Source: Myxococcota bacterium
GTDB taxonomy: Bacteria > Myxococcota_A > UBA9160 > SZUA-336
DNA: 64,000 nt
Direction of reading: 5' to 3'
Assembly (NCBI GenBank): GCA_965247115.1
Contig: CBDFGR010000003.1
Location: 2,579,178 to 2,643,177 of the forward strand
Each line of letters starts with the position of its first letter. Positions within the stretch are counted from its first letter, which is position 1. Under the pieces are notes generated by a model. That model searched no databases and was not told the origin of the DNA. It was given only the letters and a program-made list of their open reading frames with translations. This document shows, piece after piece, positions 1-9,052 of the stretch. The position numbers were made by a program, and so were the translations under genes.

Positions 1-209
1 CTGCATCCGACCCGCGGGACCTCGTCCGTTACAGCAGCGGGTTTGTCGCTGCATCCGACCCGCAGGGCGTTGCCCATGACCTCGAGCTCGGCCTCGGCGC
101 CGCCCTCAAAGCCGCAGACATCCCACATCACCCAGCCGTGCTCTCCTGGCCCGATATGCATCGCACAGGCGGGCAGGAGCAGCATCAACGCGATCATCGC
201 GATCCCCAT
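1..209 (-). CDS. Small lipoprotein next to endolysin (spanin-like position), 3' end outside window
   Basis: ATG at 209 directly after the endolysin stop; MGIAMIALMLLLPAC is a hydrophobic signal plus lipobox Cys. Confidence 0.5.
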   Translation of the reverse strand, partial: MGIAMIALMLLLPACAMHIGPGEHGWVMWDVCGFEGGAEAELEVMGNALRVGCSDKPAAVTDEVPRVGC

Positions 210-629
210 TTATGATCCCTCCGATACGGTCGACTTGTCGTCGAATTCCAGATGAACGTGACCGACGAGGACGCGCTCTCCCTTGCGTTCTCCGGTCCGG
301 ATCTCATGCAGGTGCTCTTCGTAGACGACGTCGTACCGGCGCTTGCCGTGCTTCGCCTCGAGGCGGCCCTGGATCCGGCCAGCCCATGCCGGGCCTTCGA
401 TCTCCCACGGCTTCACCAGGTTCCACACTCGGATGTCGAAGGCCTGGTCGTCGTAGTGCCGGCTACCCTTCTTGTGCTTCCCATCGTTCGCGCTCGTGAT
501 CACGATGCGGCCGTCGGTCATCACGGGCGCGGTGTCCTGCGCCGCGTGGAGCATCGCAACCACCTCGGGCTCGAAGTGGCCAGCGTTCAGCTGCACGTCG
601 CCGTTCTTGATCTGGAGCATGGACCGCAT
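210..629 (-). CDS. Endolysin, M15-type (DD-peptidase/Hedgehog fold) zinc peptidase
   Basis: ITSANDGKH..GSRHY...AFDIR and terminal HVHLEFD zinc motifs; position at the end of the late operon. Confidence 0.75.
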   Translation of the reverse strand: MRSMLQIKNGDVQLNAGHFEPEVVAMLHAAQDTAPVMTDGRIVITSANDGKHKKGSRHYDDQAFDIRVWNLVKPWEIEGPAWAGRIQGRLEAKHGKRRYDVVYEEHLHEIRTGERKGERVLVGHVHLEFDDKSTVSEGS

Positions 630-676
630 GGAGCACCTCCTGGTCGACCACGCCTCAGCCGGAAGCGGCGATCAGA

Positions 677-967
677 TCACCTCGGTTGAAGGCACTCCTG
701 CCACGTGCGCCCCGTCTCCAGCACGCACTCCTCCGCCTCGTCTAGCATCTTCTGGCGCATCTTCTGCTGCTCGATGTAGGTCATTACTTCGCCGAAGACC
801 TTGTTCTGGACTTCGACCTGGGAGGCGAGAGCCCCACCGATCTGCTCGTGCACCTTCGCCGCGGACTCTTCGAAGGCAACGCGCTGCCCACCCCAGTAGA
901 AGAGGCTTCCCGTCGGCGTAATGATCGCGAACGCCGCGCCCACGACCTTTCCCCATCCGTTCAGCAT
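677..967 (-). CDS. Small membrane protein, possible holin or lysis accessory
   Basis: N-terminal hydrophobic segment, GGAGG RBS, lies upstream of endolysin. Confidence 0.45.
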   Translation of the reverse strand: MLNGWGKVVGAAFAIITPTGSLFYWGGQRVAFEESAAKVHEQIGGALASQVEVQNKVFGEVMTYIEQQKMRQKMLDEAEECVLETGRTWQECLQPR

Positions 968-984
968 GTCCGCCTCCTCAGGAT

Positions 985-1287
985 CTACTGCACAAGCCTG
1001 GCGATGGTTCCGATCAGTGTGAGCCGCGTTCCGTGGCGGGCGGGGAATTCCGCGAACGGATCGGCGTAGAACTCCACGCCGACCAGGGCGTTGCCACCCG
1101 CGTGCTCGATCCTCGACTTACTGAGCGAGATCAGGCAGCGGAAGCCCGAGTCCGTCCTCTCTCCTCTTGAGGAGCGGGGCTCGTCGGGTACGAAGACCGA
1201 CAGGTTCAGGTTCCCGAAATAGCTCGCCGCGTGGCGTCCGCTCACCCAGGGGCTGGTGTAGAACTCGATCTCGGTCTGCTCCACCAT
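985..1287 (-). CDS. YbjQ/UPF0145-like small protein
   Basis: GGNALVGVEF...LTLIGTIARL resembles the YbjQ family C-terminal motif. Confidence 0.5.
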   Translation of the reverse strand: MVEQTEIEFYTSPWVSGRHAASYFGNLNLSVFVPDEPRSSRGERTDSGFRCLISLSKSRIEHAGGNALVGVEFYADPFAEFPARHGTRLTLIGTIARLVQ

Positions 1288-1312
1288 CCCAACTCCGTCG
1301 GGGGATCAATCC

Positions 1313-2173
1313 CTAGAAGCTCGTCCTTCCCCAGCCCCACCAGGTGGCACCGTCGTAGTAGAAGAAGGCGATGTTCCCCTTGTTCGCTCCGGTGTTCCAG
1401 CTGGGTTCGGAGCCTCCTTCCCAGGTCACGGTCGGCCAAGTCACGGCGCGGCCACCCGTCGCGTCCTGGATCATCCGTACGGCAACCTGTGCAGGCCCGC
1501 GCGGCGCAACGAAGGTGAAGGTCACGGCTTCGGTCAGCGTGATCTTCGCCTTGTGACCGACCTTGAAATCGATCGTCGCCGCGCCGCCTGAGGAGGTGAT
1601 GCTCTGCTCGTTCAGCAGTGTCTGCGTGAACGCGGTATCGAGCTGATCCGCAAGCTCCCCGAGGAAGGTCAATGCCTCGAGATCCCCGACCCTCACCTTG
1701 TTGAAGTTTAGGAGCGTCGAGAAGTCCGTCACGATGGCGTACTCGCGCTCGTTGAGCGTGGACTCCTGGTAGTTCCCGGTAAGGGTGAAGTTGTCCGTCC
1801 CGATCGTGCTCGAGAGGTAGTAGAGGATTCCGGAGTTCTCGATCGAGAAGGGATCCCCGGCGGCGACGCTCGACGAGAAATCTAGCCCGTTGGACGCGGT
1901 CGCCAGCGTGTCGATGACGACCGTCGTCCCCGACCCTCCCCCCGTGATCGTATCGCCGGCAGCAGGGAGCGCTCCGGAGGTTCGGTAGAAGAAGAGCTGC
2001 GAGCCGCCCGTGTCGTCGCGTACGAAGACGCCAACTCCATCCACAGCCCAGGACAGGGCTTCGGCTGCAGTGAAGGGACCGCCGACCTTCGATACGTAGT
2101 CGACCGTCCAGATGTGGCGCACGACAGCCGAGCCGTTCTGGACGCGGACCGTACCTTGGTTGAGCTGTGCCAT
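1313..2173 (-). CDS. Tail fibre-associated protein
   Basis: GTVRVQNGS N-terminus and IQDATGGRAVTWP...FYYDGATWWG C-terminal domain typical of phage tail proteins. Confidence 0.7.
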   Translation of the reverse strand: MAQLNQGTVRVQNGSAVVRHIWTVDYVSKVGGPFTAAEALSWAVDGVGVFVRDDTGGSQLFFYRTSGALPAAGDTITGGGSGTTVVIDTLATASNGLDFSSSVAAGDPFSIENSGILYYLSSTIGTDNFTLTGNYQESTLNEREYAIVTDFSTLLNFNKVRVGDLEALTFLGELADQLDTAFTQTLLNEQSITSSGGAATIDFKVGHKAKITLTEAVTFTFVAPRGPAQVAVRMIQDATGGRAVTWPTVTWEGGSEPSWNTGANKGNIAFFYYDGATWWGWGRTSF

Positions 2174-2422
2174 CTACGGGGTCCTTGCTCTCGGCCTACG
2201 GCGGTTCCTAATCTTCGTCTTGATCTGGTCCCTCGTCTGCCCGGTAGCCGTGGCCAATTCGTCGACGAGGACGTCCAAGACGGCGTACCCTTCTAGGTCC
2301 TCGTCTGTGGCGTCGGTGGTGAGGAGGAGATTCGCGGTCCACTCCGCCTCGATCTCGTCGATCTCGGCCTGCCTAAGATTGACGCGAATCCCGTTTACCA
2401 TCCTGTGAGTGGCGGTGGCCAC
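2174..2422 (-). CDS. Hypothetical phage protein, possible fibre assembly factor
   Basis: Tightly packed ORF between tail genes. Confidence 0.5.
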   Translation of the reverse strand: MATATHRMVNGIRVNLRQAEIDEIEAEWTANLLLTTDATDEDLEGYAVLDVLVDELATATGQTRDQIKTKIRNRRRPRARTP

Positions 2423-2424
2423 GA

Positions 2425-4368
2425 TCAGGGTCCTCCGATCCCGAACAGCCGAATGCGTCCCGAGCTCATGTTGCCCGAGCTCATCAGGATCCGGATGTCC
2501 GTGATCTGGGACCCGCTGCTCTGATTACCGCCAAAGAGCGAAGTCTGCGAGGTGTTGCCCGCCGCGTCCTGCACACCCGTCCCGATGATCCCGAAGCACG
2601 GTCCTCCTGACGCCATCCCGTATATCTGGAACTTACAGTTCCAGCCCTCGCCCGTAGCCGTGCCCACTCCCTCATTCACCGTACTGCCATTGAGGGCAAT
2701 TGCGGTGGCACTGTTAAGCTGTCGAGTACCCAACCCGAATTCGTTGTGGTTCAGGCACCGCCAACTATACGTAGTGGTCGTGAGAAAATTGCTGCCACCA
2801 TCAGTACTGACACGTACCCACACGAATGTATCATCAGTAGCCGGTACAAGATCCTCGATGAAGACCTCATAGGCACCGTACCCCTGGTCGATGTCGAAGT
2901 CCGCAGTAGCCGTGCTGCTCAGAGCGGTGTTAACGAGTTGCTCGCCCTGGGTCATCTTGATCATCTCGTCCAGGCTGAGCGTGCCCAACGTGATGCGAGA
3001 GGCTGTGATGGTTCGGGTGGCTATATCTCCCGCAACGATGGTCGCTGCCGCAATCTGAGTTGTGGTGATCGTTCCAGCGACGAGCTTTCCACCTGTGATC
3101 GTCGCGCTGGCGATGTTGGCGGCCTGAATCGTGTTCGCCGCGATTTGCGTGGTGGTGATCGTCGCGGCCGCGATCTCTGTGGCAGTGATCGTATTCGCTG
3201 CGATCTTGGCGGCGGTAATCGTGTTGGCGGCGATCTCGCCAGCGGTGATCGTGAGTGCGAGAATCTCGGCCGCAGTGATTGTGTTCGCCGCAATGTTGCC
3301 GGCGAGGATCGTGTTCGCCGCGATCTCATTCGTCGTGATCGTGGCGGCGAGGATCTCGGCCGCCGTGAGCGTGTTGGCCAGGACATGCGCGGCCGTGATC
3401 TCGTTCGGCCCGATGTGGACCCCGAGGATCTCGTCGAGGCCGACGAACTCCGAGACTGCCAGCGCCCGGGCATCGAACGAGTCCCACAGGTAGACCATGG
3501 ACTCTGCCGGCGCCGGCGTGTTGAGACGGGGACCGAAGGTCGCGTAAGCGGAACCCGAAGGGGCAGTCGCGCGGACCGACACGGTGCCCCAGGAGCCGAC
3601 CGGAGGTTCTATCGCCCCGCCGGTCGTCTCTCCGAGGGATGCCCCGTCCTTGTCGTAGAAGATGATGGACGCGCGAGCGTAAGACCCATTGGAATCGGCT
3701 ACGAGGCGAACCCGGCCCTGGACGGCAAACCCCTCGCCCTCGGCCGCCTCGATGAACTTGCCGGAGACGAACGCTCCCTTCGAACCTCCTGGGGCGTTCG
3801 CTTCGGCGCGGGCGGTCGAAGTCTGCCCGGAAGACTGGAACCGGCCCATCTGGAGGCCGTGGAAGGGCGTACTGGCGCCTTCCGTCGCGACCACATCCCA
3901 CGTGCCGCCGCCCGACGTCGTCGCCCATTGGTCCGAAAGGTTGGTCCCCTCAAACGAGGGGTCCGCGACCAGATTGTCGAGTCTTGCGATACCGAGCTGC
4001 TCGAGCGTGACGCTCAAGTCGGCGATGTCTTGGTCGACGAGCGACGCCGTCGTGTGCGAGAGCTCGGAGCTGACATTCAGCAGCGCCGGGTTCTCGGTGA
4101 AGTCGTCGTAGGCGGCGACCTTCAGGTAGTAGGTCGTCCCCGGCTCGACATCGATGATCGCCGGCTTCGCGTTCCCCCGGTAGACGAGAGTCGTCTCGTC
4201 GGTGGCAAAGCCCGGGCTCTTGCTCATCCAGACCAGGATCCCGGCCCAGTCCGCGTCCACGGGTGTCGCGTAGCGGAGGAAGAGTGTCTCGAACGTCGAG
4301 GTGATCTGGACGTTGCTGAGCGCCCGCGGTGCCGGGTTCTGCACCGTCAGGAGCGTGAACTCGCTCAT
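2425..4368 (-). CDS. Tail tip/fibre distal protein (Fn3-like region, carbohydrate-binding-like domain, decapeptide repeats, C-terminal receptor-binding domain)
   Basis: 647-aa ORF with NLVADPSFE motif and ITAxEIAANT repeats; overlaps the J-like gene by ATGA. Confidence 0.75.
   Translation of the reverse strand: MSEFTLLTVQNPAPRALSNVQITSTFETLFLRYATPVDADWAGILVWMSKSPGFATDETTLVYRGNAKPAIIDVEPGTTYYLKVAAYDDFTENPALLNVSSELSHTTASLVDQDIADLSVTLEQLGIARLDNLVADPSFEGTNLSDQWATTSGGGTWDVVATEGASTPFHGLQMGRFQSSGQTSTARAEANAPGGSKGAFVSGKFIEAAEGEGFAVQGRVRLVADSNGSYARASIIFYDKDGASLGETTGGAIEPPVGSWGTVSVRATAPSGSAYATFGPRLNTPAPAESMVYLWDSFDARALAVSEFVGLDEILGVHIGPNEITAAHVLANTLTAAEILAATITTNEIAANTILAGNIAANTITAAEILALTITAGEIAANTITAAKIAANTITATEIAAATITTTQIAANTIQAANIASATITGGKLVAGTITTTQIAAATIVAGDIATRTITASRITLGTLSLDEMIKMTQGEQLVNTALSSTATADFDIDQGYGAYEVFIEDLVPATDDTFVWVRVSTDGGSNFLTTTTYSWRCLNHNEFGLGTRQLNSATAIALNGSTVNEGVGTATGEGWNCKFQIYGMASGGPCFGIIGTGVQDAAGNTSQTSLFGGNQSSGSQITDIRILMSSGNMSSGRIRLFGIGGP
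2980..3429 (-). repeat. About 15 tandem 30-bp (10-aa ITAxEIAANT-type) repeats in the tail protein
   Basis: Visible in translation and DNA (recurrent GTGATCGT). Confidence 0.9.
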
Positions 4369-7300
4369 CCCAAGGCGCCGCGATGTCGATAGCCGACCTG
4401 GATCTGGAACTGGCGCAGGATCGTCTTGCCCCGACGCGCAGCGTCCGCTCGCTGCTTCTCGATCGTGTAGGTGTACTCGGGGTTCCGAACGCTGTCCTCG
4501 CGAACGATCTCGTCCGCGCCGGCCAGGTCGACGATCCGGACCAGGTAGGAACTCCGGGAGTCGAACGGGAGGTCGTCGCCGCCAGGCTGGGCGATCGGGT
4601 CAGGGATTCCGTCCGGGGCGTTGAGACGCCACGTGAAGTGCGCGTCCCGCCCCTCGAAGTCCGTATCGTTCCCTTGCCCCAGGAGCTGCAGGCCCGTCAC
4701 CTTGAACGTGGGAGTGGGGACTTCCGCGCTATTGAACGAAACCTCCGTCTTCGTCACGAAGGCAGAGAAGACACCGCCTGGCGAGAGCGAGCGAGCGCGC
4801 ACGTCGTAGCGGGATCCATCGACCAATGGTCCGATGCGCACGTGGTCCGCAGTCCCTGGTAAGAGCGGTTCGACCGTCCACTCGCCAGGCAATTCCGGCG
4901 GGATCGGGTGCTCACGCCACTGGATCTGCACGTGAGCCGCTTCGATGCCGGTCTTGGAGGTCGGGATCGAGATCTCCACGAGAAGTCGGTCTCCCGCCAC
5001 TACAGCGTTGCCAAGCGTCGGGACCGGAGGGGCATCAAACTTGTCGTGGCTGATCTGCGACTCGAGCTCCGGGATGGGGCCGGTATCCGAGTCGTAGACA
5101 GCCTCGGCGTAGGGGATCAGCACAAGCTTCGCGCGAACTCCGTCGAGCGGCTCGATGCGCTTGAGGAGCATCGGAAAGGTCCCGATCACGGTCTCCACGA
5201 CGTAGACCTGGTCCCCGACGACGGGCTGGTCCTCTGTGTTGGGAATCGGTGTGGAGAAGGTGACGAGCGTCCCCGGGGTCGCCGGGTTCGTGATGCCCTG
5301 GAGCGCCGTTGCCCCGGGAGGGCTCGAGGCCGAGAGTTGGAGTCGTGCCGAATAGGTCTTCGCCGCCTCGTACTGGATCTCCTCATCGAGCACGACCGAC
5401 ACGACGTCCGTCCCCGAGGTGTTCACGGTCTGGATCCGGCCGTAGCCGACGCCCACCTTCATGACGTCGTCCACGAGCTCGACACGGTCGCCGACCTGGG
5501 CAGTGAGGTATTCCCAGTCCATTTCCCGCTCGACGCGTTCCGAGCGGAGCCGGCCCTGAGCGATGTGAAAGCGGCCGTGGCGCCAGAGACGGGCCGGGTT
5601 GGTCTGTCCCGGCACGCGGATGACCTCGAATTTGGAGGCGACGGTCGTGCCGCCGGCGCCATCCTCCGAGAAGCCGTCGTCGTACACGACGAGCTCGTCC
5701 GGCTCGTACTCCTTCTCCTCGTTCAGGAACGGTAGCTTGACGGCATGGGGCAGGTCCACGAAGTCCCGCTGGCCTCCCGTCCCGGCTGTGTTCCGGGGAG
5801 ACACGTGCATCGAGGCGACGGGCTTCTTCTCGTCGATCGCGACGGAGTACTTCCCGTCGATCTGCGTGAAGAACCCTCGGCCCGCCGACATGATCTGGCG
5901 CAGCGACTCGATCCGCCGGCGCTCGACGTCGTGCACGGCGTCGTAGCGCCAGTTTTCGGCCTCACAGAAGGCCGCCCAGGACTGGAGCTTCGTGAGATCG
6001 ACCCGCGAGAGAGGCACAGGGCGGGAGTTCGAGGAGCCACGCAGGACCTCGAGCGCCGCCCAGGCGGGGTTCCCGCCGAACTCGACGAGCGGAGCCGTGA
6101 TGCCCTCCGCATCCGCGGTCGGGTGGGTGGGGTCGTAGGCGGGCAGCATCGCGCGCGCGAGGCAGTTAAAACTCTCGATCGTTCCCGAGAGCTGGTCGGT
6201 CGCCTTGATGCGCAGCGCGATCTTCGCGAGCCCGTCGAGCTTGATCGGGTCCTCGCTGCGGATCGAGCGCAGCACGACCCAGATCGCCTCGTCGTTCTCC
6301 ACCCCAGAGGCCACGGCGGAGAAGGTCGAGCGGACCCGGACGTCGTACTGCCCCGAGGCCACGTCCCACGTGAACCCGATCGAGAAGGGCGTGTCTGTCT
6401 GTCGGACGATCTCCCAGGTGTCATGGATCGCGAGGCCCCCGATGCGGGGCGAGCCCTGCCCCGCCGGGATGCGCTGGACGCCTGCGGGCGTGCCCTTGAT
6501 CGAGGACACGTCCTCCCAGGGATCCCCGCTCCCGGTGAGCCGAAACTGCAGCTCGAACCAGCGCCAGCCGAAGCCGACGGTCCCCCGGTTGTTCCTGCGG
6601 CTGAGACCCCGCAAAAAACGGACGTCGACCCCGATCTGGTCCACTGCGATGTCCGTGGTGCGCGTGTGCCAAGGCCCGCCGATCGCCGCCTGCACGCCGA
6701 GCGTCGTCTGGTTGTCCTGGAGCTTGACTCCGACGCCCTCCTCCTCGATCTGGGACGAGTAGAGCGTGATGGGCGGCGCGCCGGGGAAGCCCTGCCGCAC
6801 CTCGGTCTCGACGTCGTCGTAGTCGCTGAGCGCGGTCTTCCCGATCCGGAACTGGTCTTCCGGCAGCTCGAGCGGGCCGAAGCCGGGAACGAACAGCAGC
6901 CGGAGGTAGTGGTCGTCGCCGACCACCTCCGTCACCGGATTCAGGAAGAACGGCTTGATCCGGTGAGTCCCGAAGTGACGCCAGATCACGCCCCGTGCCA
7001 GCTGGTTCCGCGCACCCGAGAGCGTCGGGCTCGACCGCTGGTCAATCCCGTCCCCGCCGTCATCGGGTCGGGAAAGCGCATTGATGATGAGATGCGTCGC
7101 CAGGCTGACAGCGACATAGACGCCGACTTTGATTGCCGTCGCGGCCAAACCGGTAGCTCCGGTCGCCTTGATTATGAAAGAGCTGATCGCTGCGCTAATC
7201 GGATCCGTGCCTGGTTGCGCGATGACGCTTACGAATGATCCCGGCTCAGGCCAGAGATCCCCAGATCTTCGCGGAATGGGTAGGTCGTCGATGACGAATC

Positions 7301-7463
7301 GCAACTGGCTCGTGGGCACGGTGCCGAAGCCCACACGCTGCGCGATCTCGCGCAGGCTCAGCCCTGGCTCAAGATCGAAGAACGCGCGCTGGGAAGTGAG
7401 CGGATGCTCAACTGCTACGACGCGGATCGAATCCGGATGTAGCTGTGGATCATGGGTTGCCAC
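4365..7463 (-). CDS. Tail tip/host specificity protein (lambda I+J-like)
   Basis: 1032 aa; IALRIKATDQLSG, NPAWAALEVLRG motifs and Fn3-like C-terminus; follows NlpC/P60 gene. Confidence 0.85.
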   Translation of the reverse strand: MATHDPQLHPDSIRVVAVEHPLTSQRAFFDLEPGLSLREIAQRVGFGTVPTSQLRFVIDDLPIPRRSGDLWPEPGSFVSVIAQPGTDPISAAISSFIIKATGATGLAATAIKVGVYVAVSLATHLIINALSRPDDGGDGIDQRSSPTLSGARNQLARGVIWRHFGTHRIKPFFLNPVTEVVGDDHYLRLLFVPGFGPLELPEDQFRIGKTALSDYDDVETEVRQGFPGAPPITLYSSQIEEEGVGVKLQDNQTTLGVQAAIGGPWHTRTTDIAVDQIGVDVRFLRGLSRRNNRGTVGFGWRWFELQFRLTGSGDPWEDVSSIKGTPAGVQRIPAGQGSPRIGGLAIHDTWEIVRQTDTPFSIGFTWDVASGQYDVRVRSTFSAVASGVENDEAIWVVLRSIRSEDPIKLDGLAKIALRIKATDQLSGTIESFNCLARAMLPAYDPTHPTADAEGITAPLVEFGGNPAWAALEVLRGSSNSRPVPLSRVDLTKLQSWAAFCEAENWRYDAVHDVERRRIESLRQIMSAGRGFFTQIDGKYSVAIDEKKPVASMHVSPRNTAGTGGQRDFVDLPHAVKLPFLNEEKEYEPDELVVYDDGFSEDGAGGTTVASKFEVIRVPGQTNPARLWRHGRFHIAQGRLRSERVEREMDWEYLTAQVGDRVELVDDVMKVGVGYGRIQTVNTSGTDVVSVVLDEEIQYEAAKTYSARLQLSASSPPGATALQGITNPATPGTLVTFSTPIPNTEDQPVVGDQVYVVETVIGTFPMLLKRIEPLDGVRAKLVLIPYAEAVYDSDTGPIPELESQISHDKFDAPPVPTLGNAVVAGDRLLVEISIPTSKTGIEAAHVQIQWREHPIPPELPGEWTVEPLLPGTADHVRIGPLVDGSRYDVRARSLSPGGVFSAFVTKTEVSFNSAEVPTPTFKVTGLQLLGQGNDTDFEGRDAHFTWRLNAPDGIPDPIAQPGGDDLPFDSRSSYLVRIVDLAGADEIVREDSVRNPEYTYTIEKQRADAARRGKTILRQFQIQVGYRHRGALG

Positions 7464-7801
7464 AGGCGCGTCCTATACGGCTCGAGCACGGAGCCCGCGG
7501 GCTTCCGTGTGTGGAGCATGAGGTTCTCTGCGACGATCACTCCGAGATGAGACAGCCAGCCGTGGGCCCTGAAGATCACGAGATCCAGAAGGTCTGGTGC
7601 GTCCACCGTCTCGTACTTCAGCGCCTCCTCGGAGATCAGTTGGTCCAACAGGCCCCGATCATCGACGTCGTATTCAAGCGATGGAAGGTCCCTGCCCAAT
7701 TGCTCCGCCACAACCCTTCTTGTGAGTTGCCAGCAATCGGATTCCGCAAATGGGATCCCGACGTACTCGTTCACCCATTCGGGCGGATGCCTTGGGAGCA
7801 T
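7415..7801 (-). CDS. NlpC/P60 tail assembly protein (lambda K-like)
   Basis: YVGIPF..DCWQL and HLGV....MLH motifs; start placed at ATG 7801. Confidence 0.8.
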   Translation of the reverse strand: MLPRHPPEWVNEYVGIPFAESDCWQLTRRVVAEQLGRDLPSLEYDVDDRGLLDQLISEEALKYETVDAPDLLDLVIFRAHGWLSHLGVIVAENLMLHTRKPAGSVLEPYRTRLWQPMIHSYIRIRSAS

Positions 7802-7809
7802 CTCTGGCT

Positions 7810-8277
7810 TCAGAAGGCGCCCGGCGTCGTCTTGGGATCGAAGTGATAGCCGGGATAGGCATCGTTCAGGAAGTCGTCGATCAGAAGATCGACCTCGACA
7901 CGGAGCTCCGAGTAGCGTGCCTGCCCCCAGCGGAAGAGGAACGGGCCGTGCTGGACCGTGGTCGGGTCCGAGATCGACACGAAGTCGACCTGCGTCTGAG
8001 GGGCGGAGGACGTCGTGCGAATCGCGTCGATCAGATCCCGCAGCACATTGTCGACCACGAGCGTGCCGCGGGGCTCCCCCTCGGAGAAGTCGGCAGGCAG
8101 CGTGATGGCGACGTCGCGCGCAATCCATGTCTCACCCCCGGGTCCGACCACGTCCTCGGTGTTGTCCACCAGCCGCACCGGCTCTGGGAGCTCGTCGTGT
8201 GTGATCGTGACGAGGGTCAGGATTCCCTCTGTCGAGCGCGGCTTCAGCGTCTCCCGGGTGAACGCGTCGGTGGGCAT
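7810..8277 (-). CDS. Minor tail protein (DUF1833-like)
   Basis: LTLVTITHDELPEPVRLVDN...FDPKTTPGAF; start placed at ATG 8277. Confidence 0.8.
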   Translation of the reverse strand: MPTDAFTRETLKPRSTEGILTLVTITHDELPEPVRLVDNTEDVVGPGGETWIARDVAITLPADFSEGEPRGTLVVDNVLRDLIDAIRTTSSAPQTQVDFVSISDPTTVQHGPFLFRWGQARYSELRVEVDLLIDDFLNDAYPGYHFDPKTTPGAF

Positions 8278-8279
8278 CG

Positions 8280-8645
8280 CTATGCCGGCAGCCTGACGAC
8301 AGCGAACTCGATGTTGACGTTGTCGGCCTCGAAGTGGAGCTTGTTGGTGGTCTGCCTCCAGCCAGAGGTCTTGTAGGGTCCGAAGATCCGGATGCCCGGG
8401 CGTCCCCCTACCGCAGCGGGCACAGAGGCGGTGGCATCGCGCGTACGGTGCAGCGAGTCCGGGATCGACGTGATCGTCACGTTGTGCGCGCCGCCCGTAT
8501 CGACATTCTGGGCGATGATCATCTCGGTTCCGGTGAGCGCCGTCTCCTCCTTGTTCGTGACATCGGCCGCGACAAAGGGGAGATTCTTGCCTGTATAGTC
8601 GACGTTCGCGCCCGCGACGACAGCCGTGTGACTCTTGCGTGCCAT
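8280..8645 (-). CDS. Small beta-rich virion protein, similar to 12927..13277
   Basis: Tightly packed ORF with RBS; shares motifs with the 116-aa protein upstream of the tail tube gene. Confidence 0.6.
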   Translation of the reverse strand: MARKSHTAVVAGANVDYTGKNLPFVAADVTNKEETALTGTEMIIAQNVDTGGAHNVTITSIPDSLHRTRDATASVPAAVGGRPGIRIFGPYKTSGWRQTTNKLHFEADNVNIEFAVVRLPA

Positions 8646-8657
8646 CCAATCCCCTCG

Positions 8658-9017
8658 CTACGGCAAGATCACGAGCGGCATGATCGTTCTCCAGATCGGC
8701 CCATCCCGATGCGTAGAGATCGATGTCCACTCCGGCGGGCTTTCAAAGGCGAGGGACACGGTCGAACCGTCGACCGGGTCCTTCCAGTCGAAGGGCTCCG
8801 CTCCCTCTTTCAGGGTCGTAATGAAGAACGTGTCGAAGGTGACGCGCTGCGGATTGGTCAGAACGATCGGGATCGAGACGGACTGAAGGACGACCGTCGC
8901 ACGGCGCCTGGTCTTGAACGGCCCGACCGCAACGGGAGAGCGCAGGAGCGCAGACCTACGTGTATGGCGGAGTCCGAGGAAAGGACTCGGAGGTAGCGAG
9001 CCAGGCCACGCCGTCAC
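8658..9017 (-). CDS. Distal tail protein (lambda M-like position)
   Basis: AWP.SLP...FDTFFITTLKEGAEPFDWKDP; follows tape measure gene. Confidence 0.75.
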   Translation of the reverse strand: MTAWPGSLPPSPFLGLRHTRRSALLRSPVAVGPFKTRRRATVVLQSVSIPIVLTNPQRVTFDTFFITTLKEGAEPFDWKDPVDGSTVSLAFESPPEWTSISTHRDGPIWRTIMPLVILP

Positions 9018-9052
9018 TAGCGTCTCGTTGCCCGCCGCGGCACGTCGAAGGC

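Noticed and set aside
1313..4368. Diversity-generating retroelement acting on tail fibres
   Set aside because: No reverse transcriptase and no template/variable repeat pair differing at adenines seen in the window.
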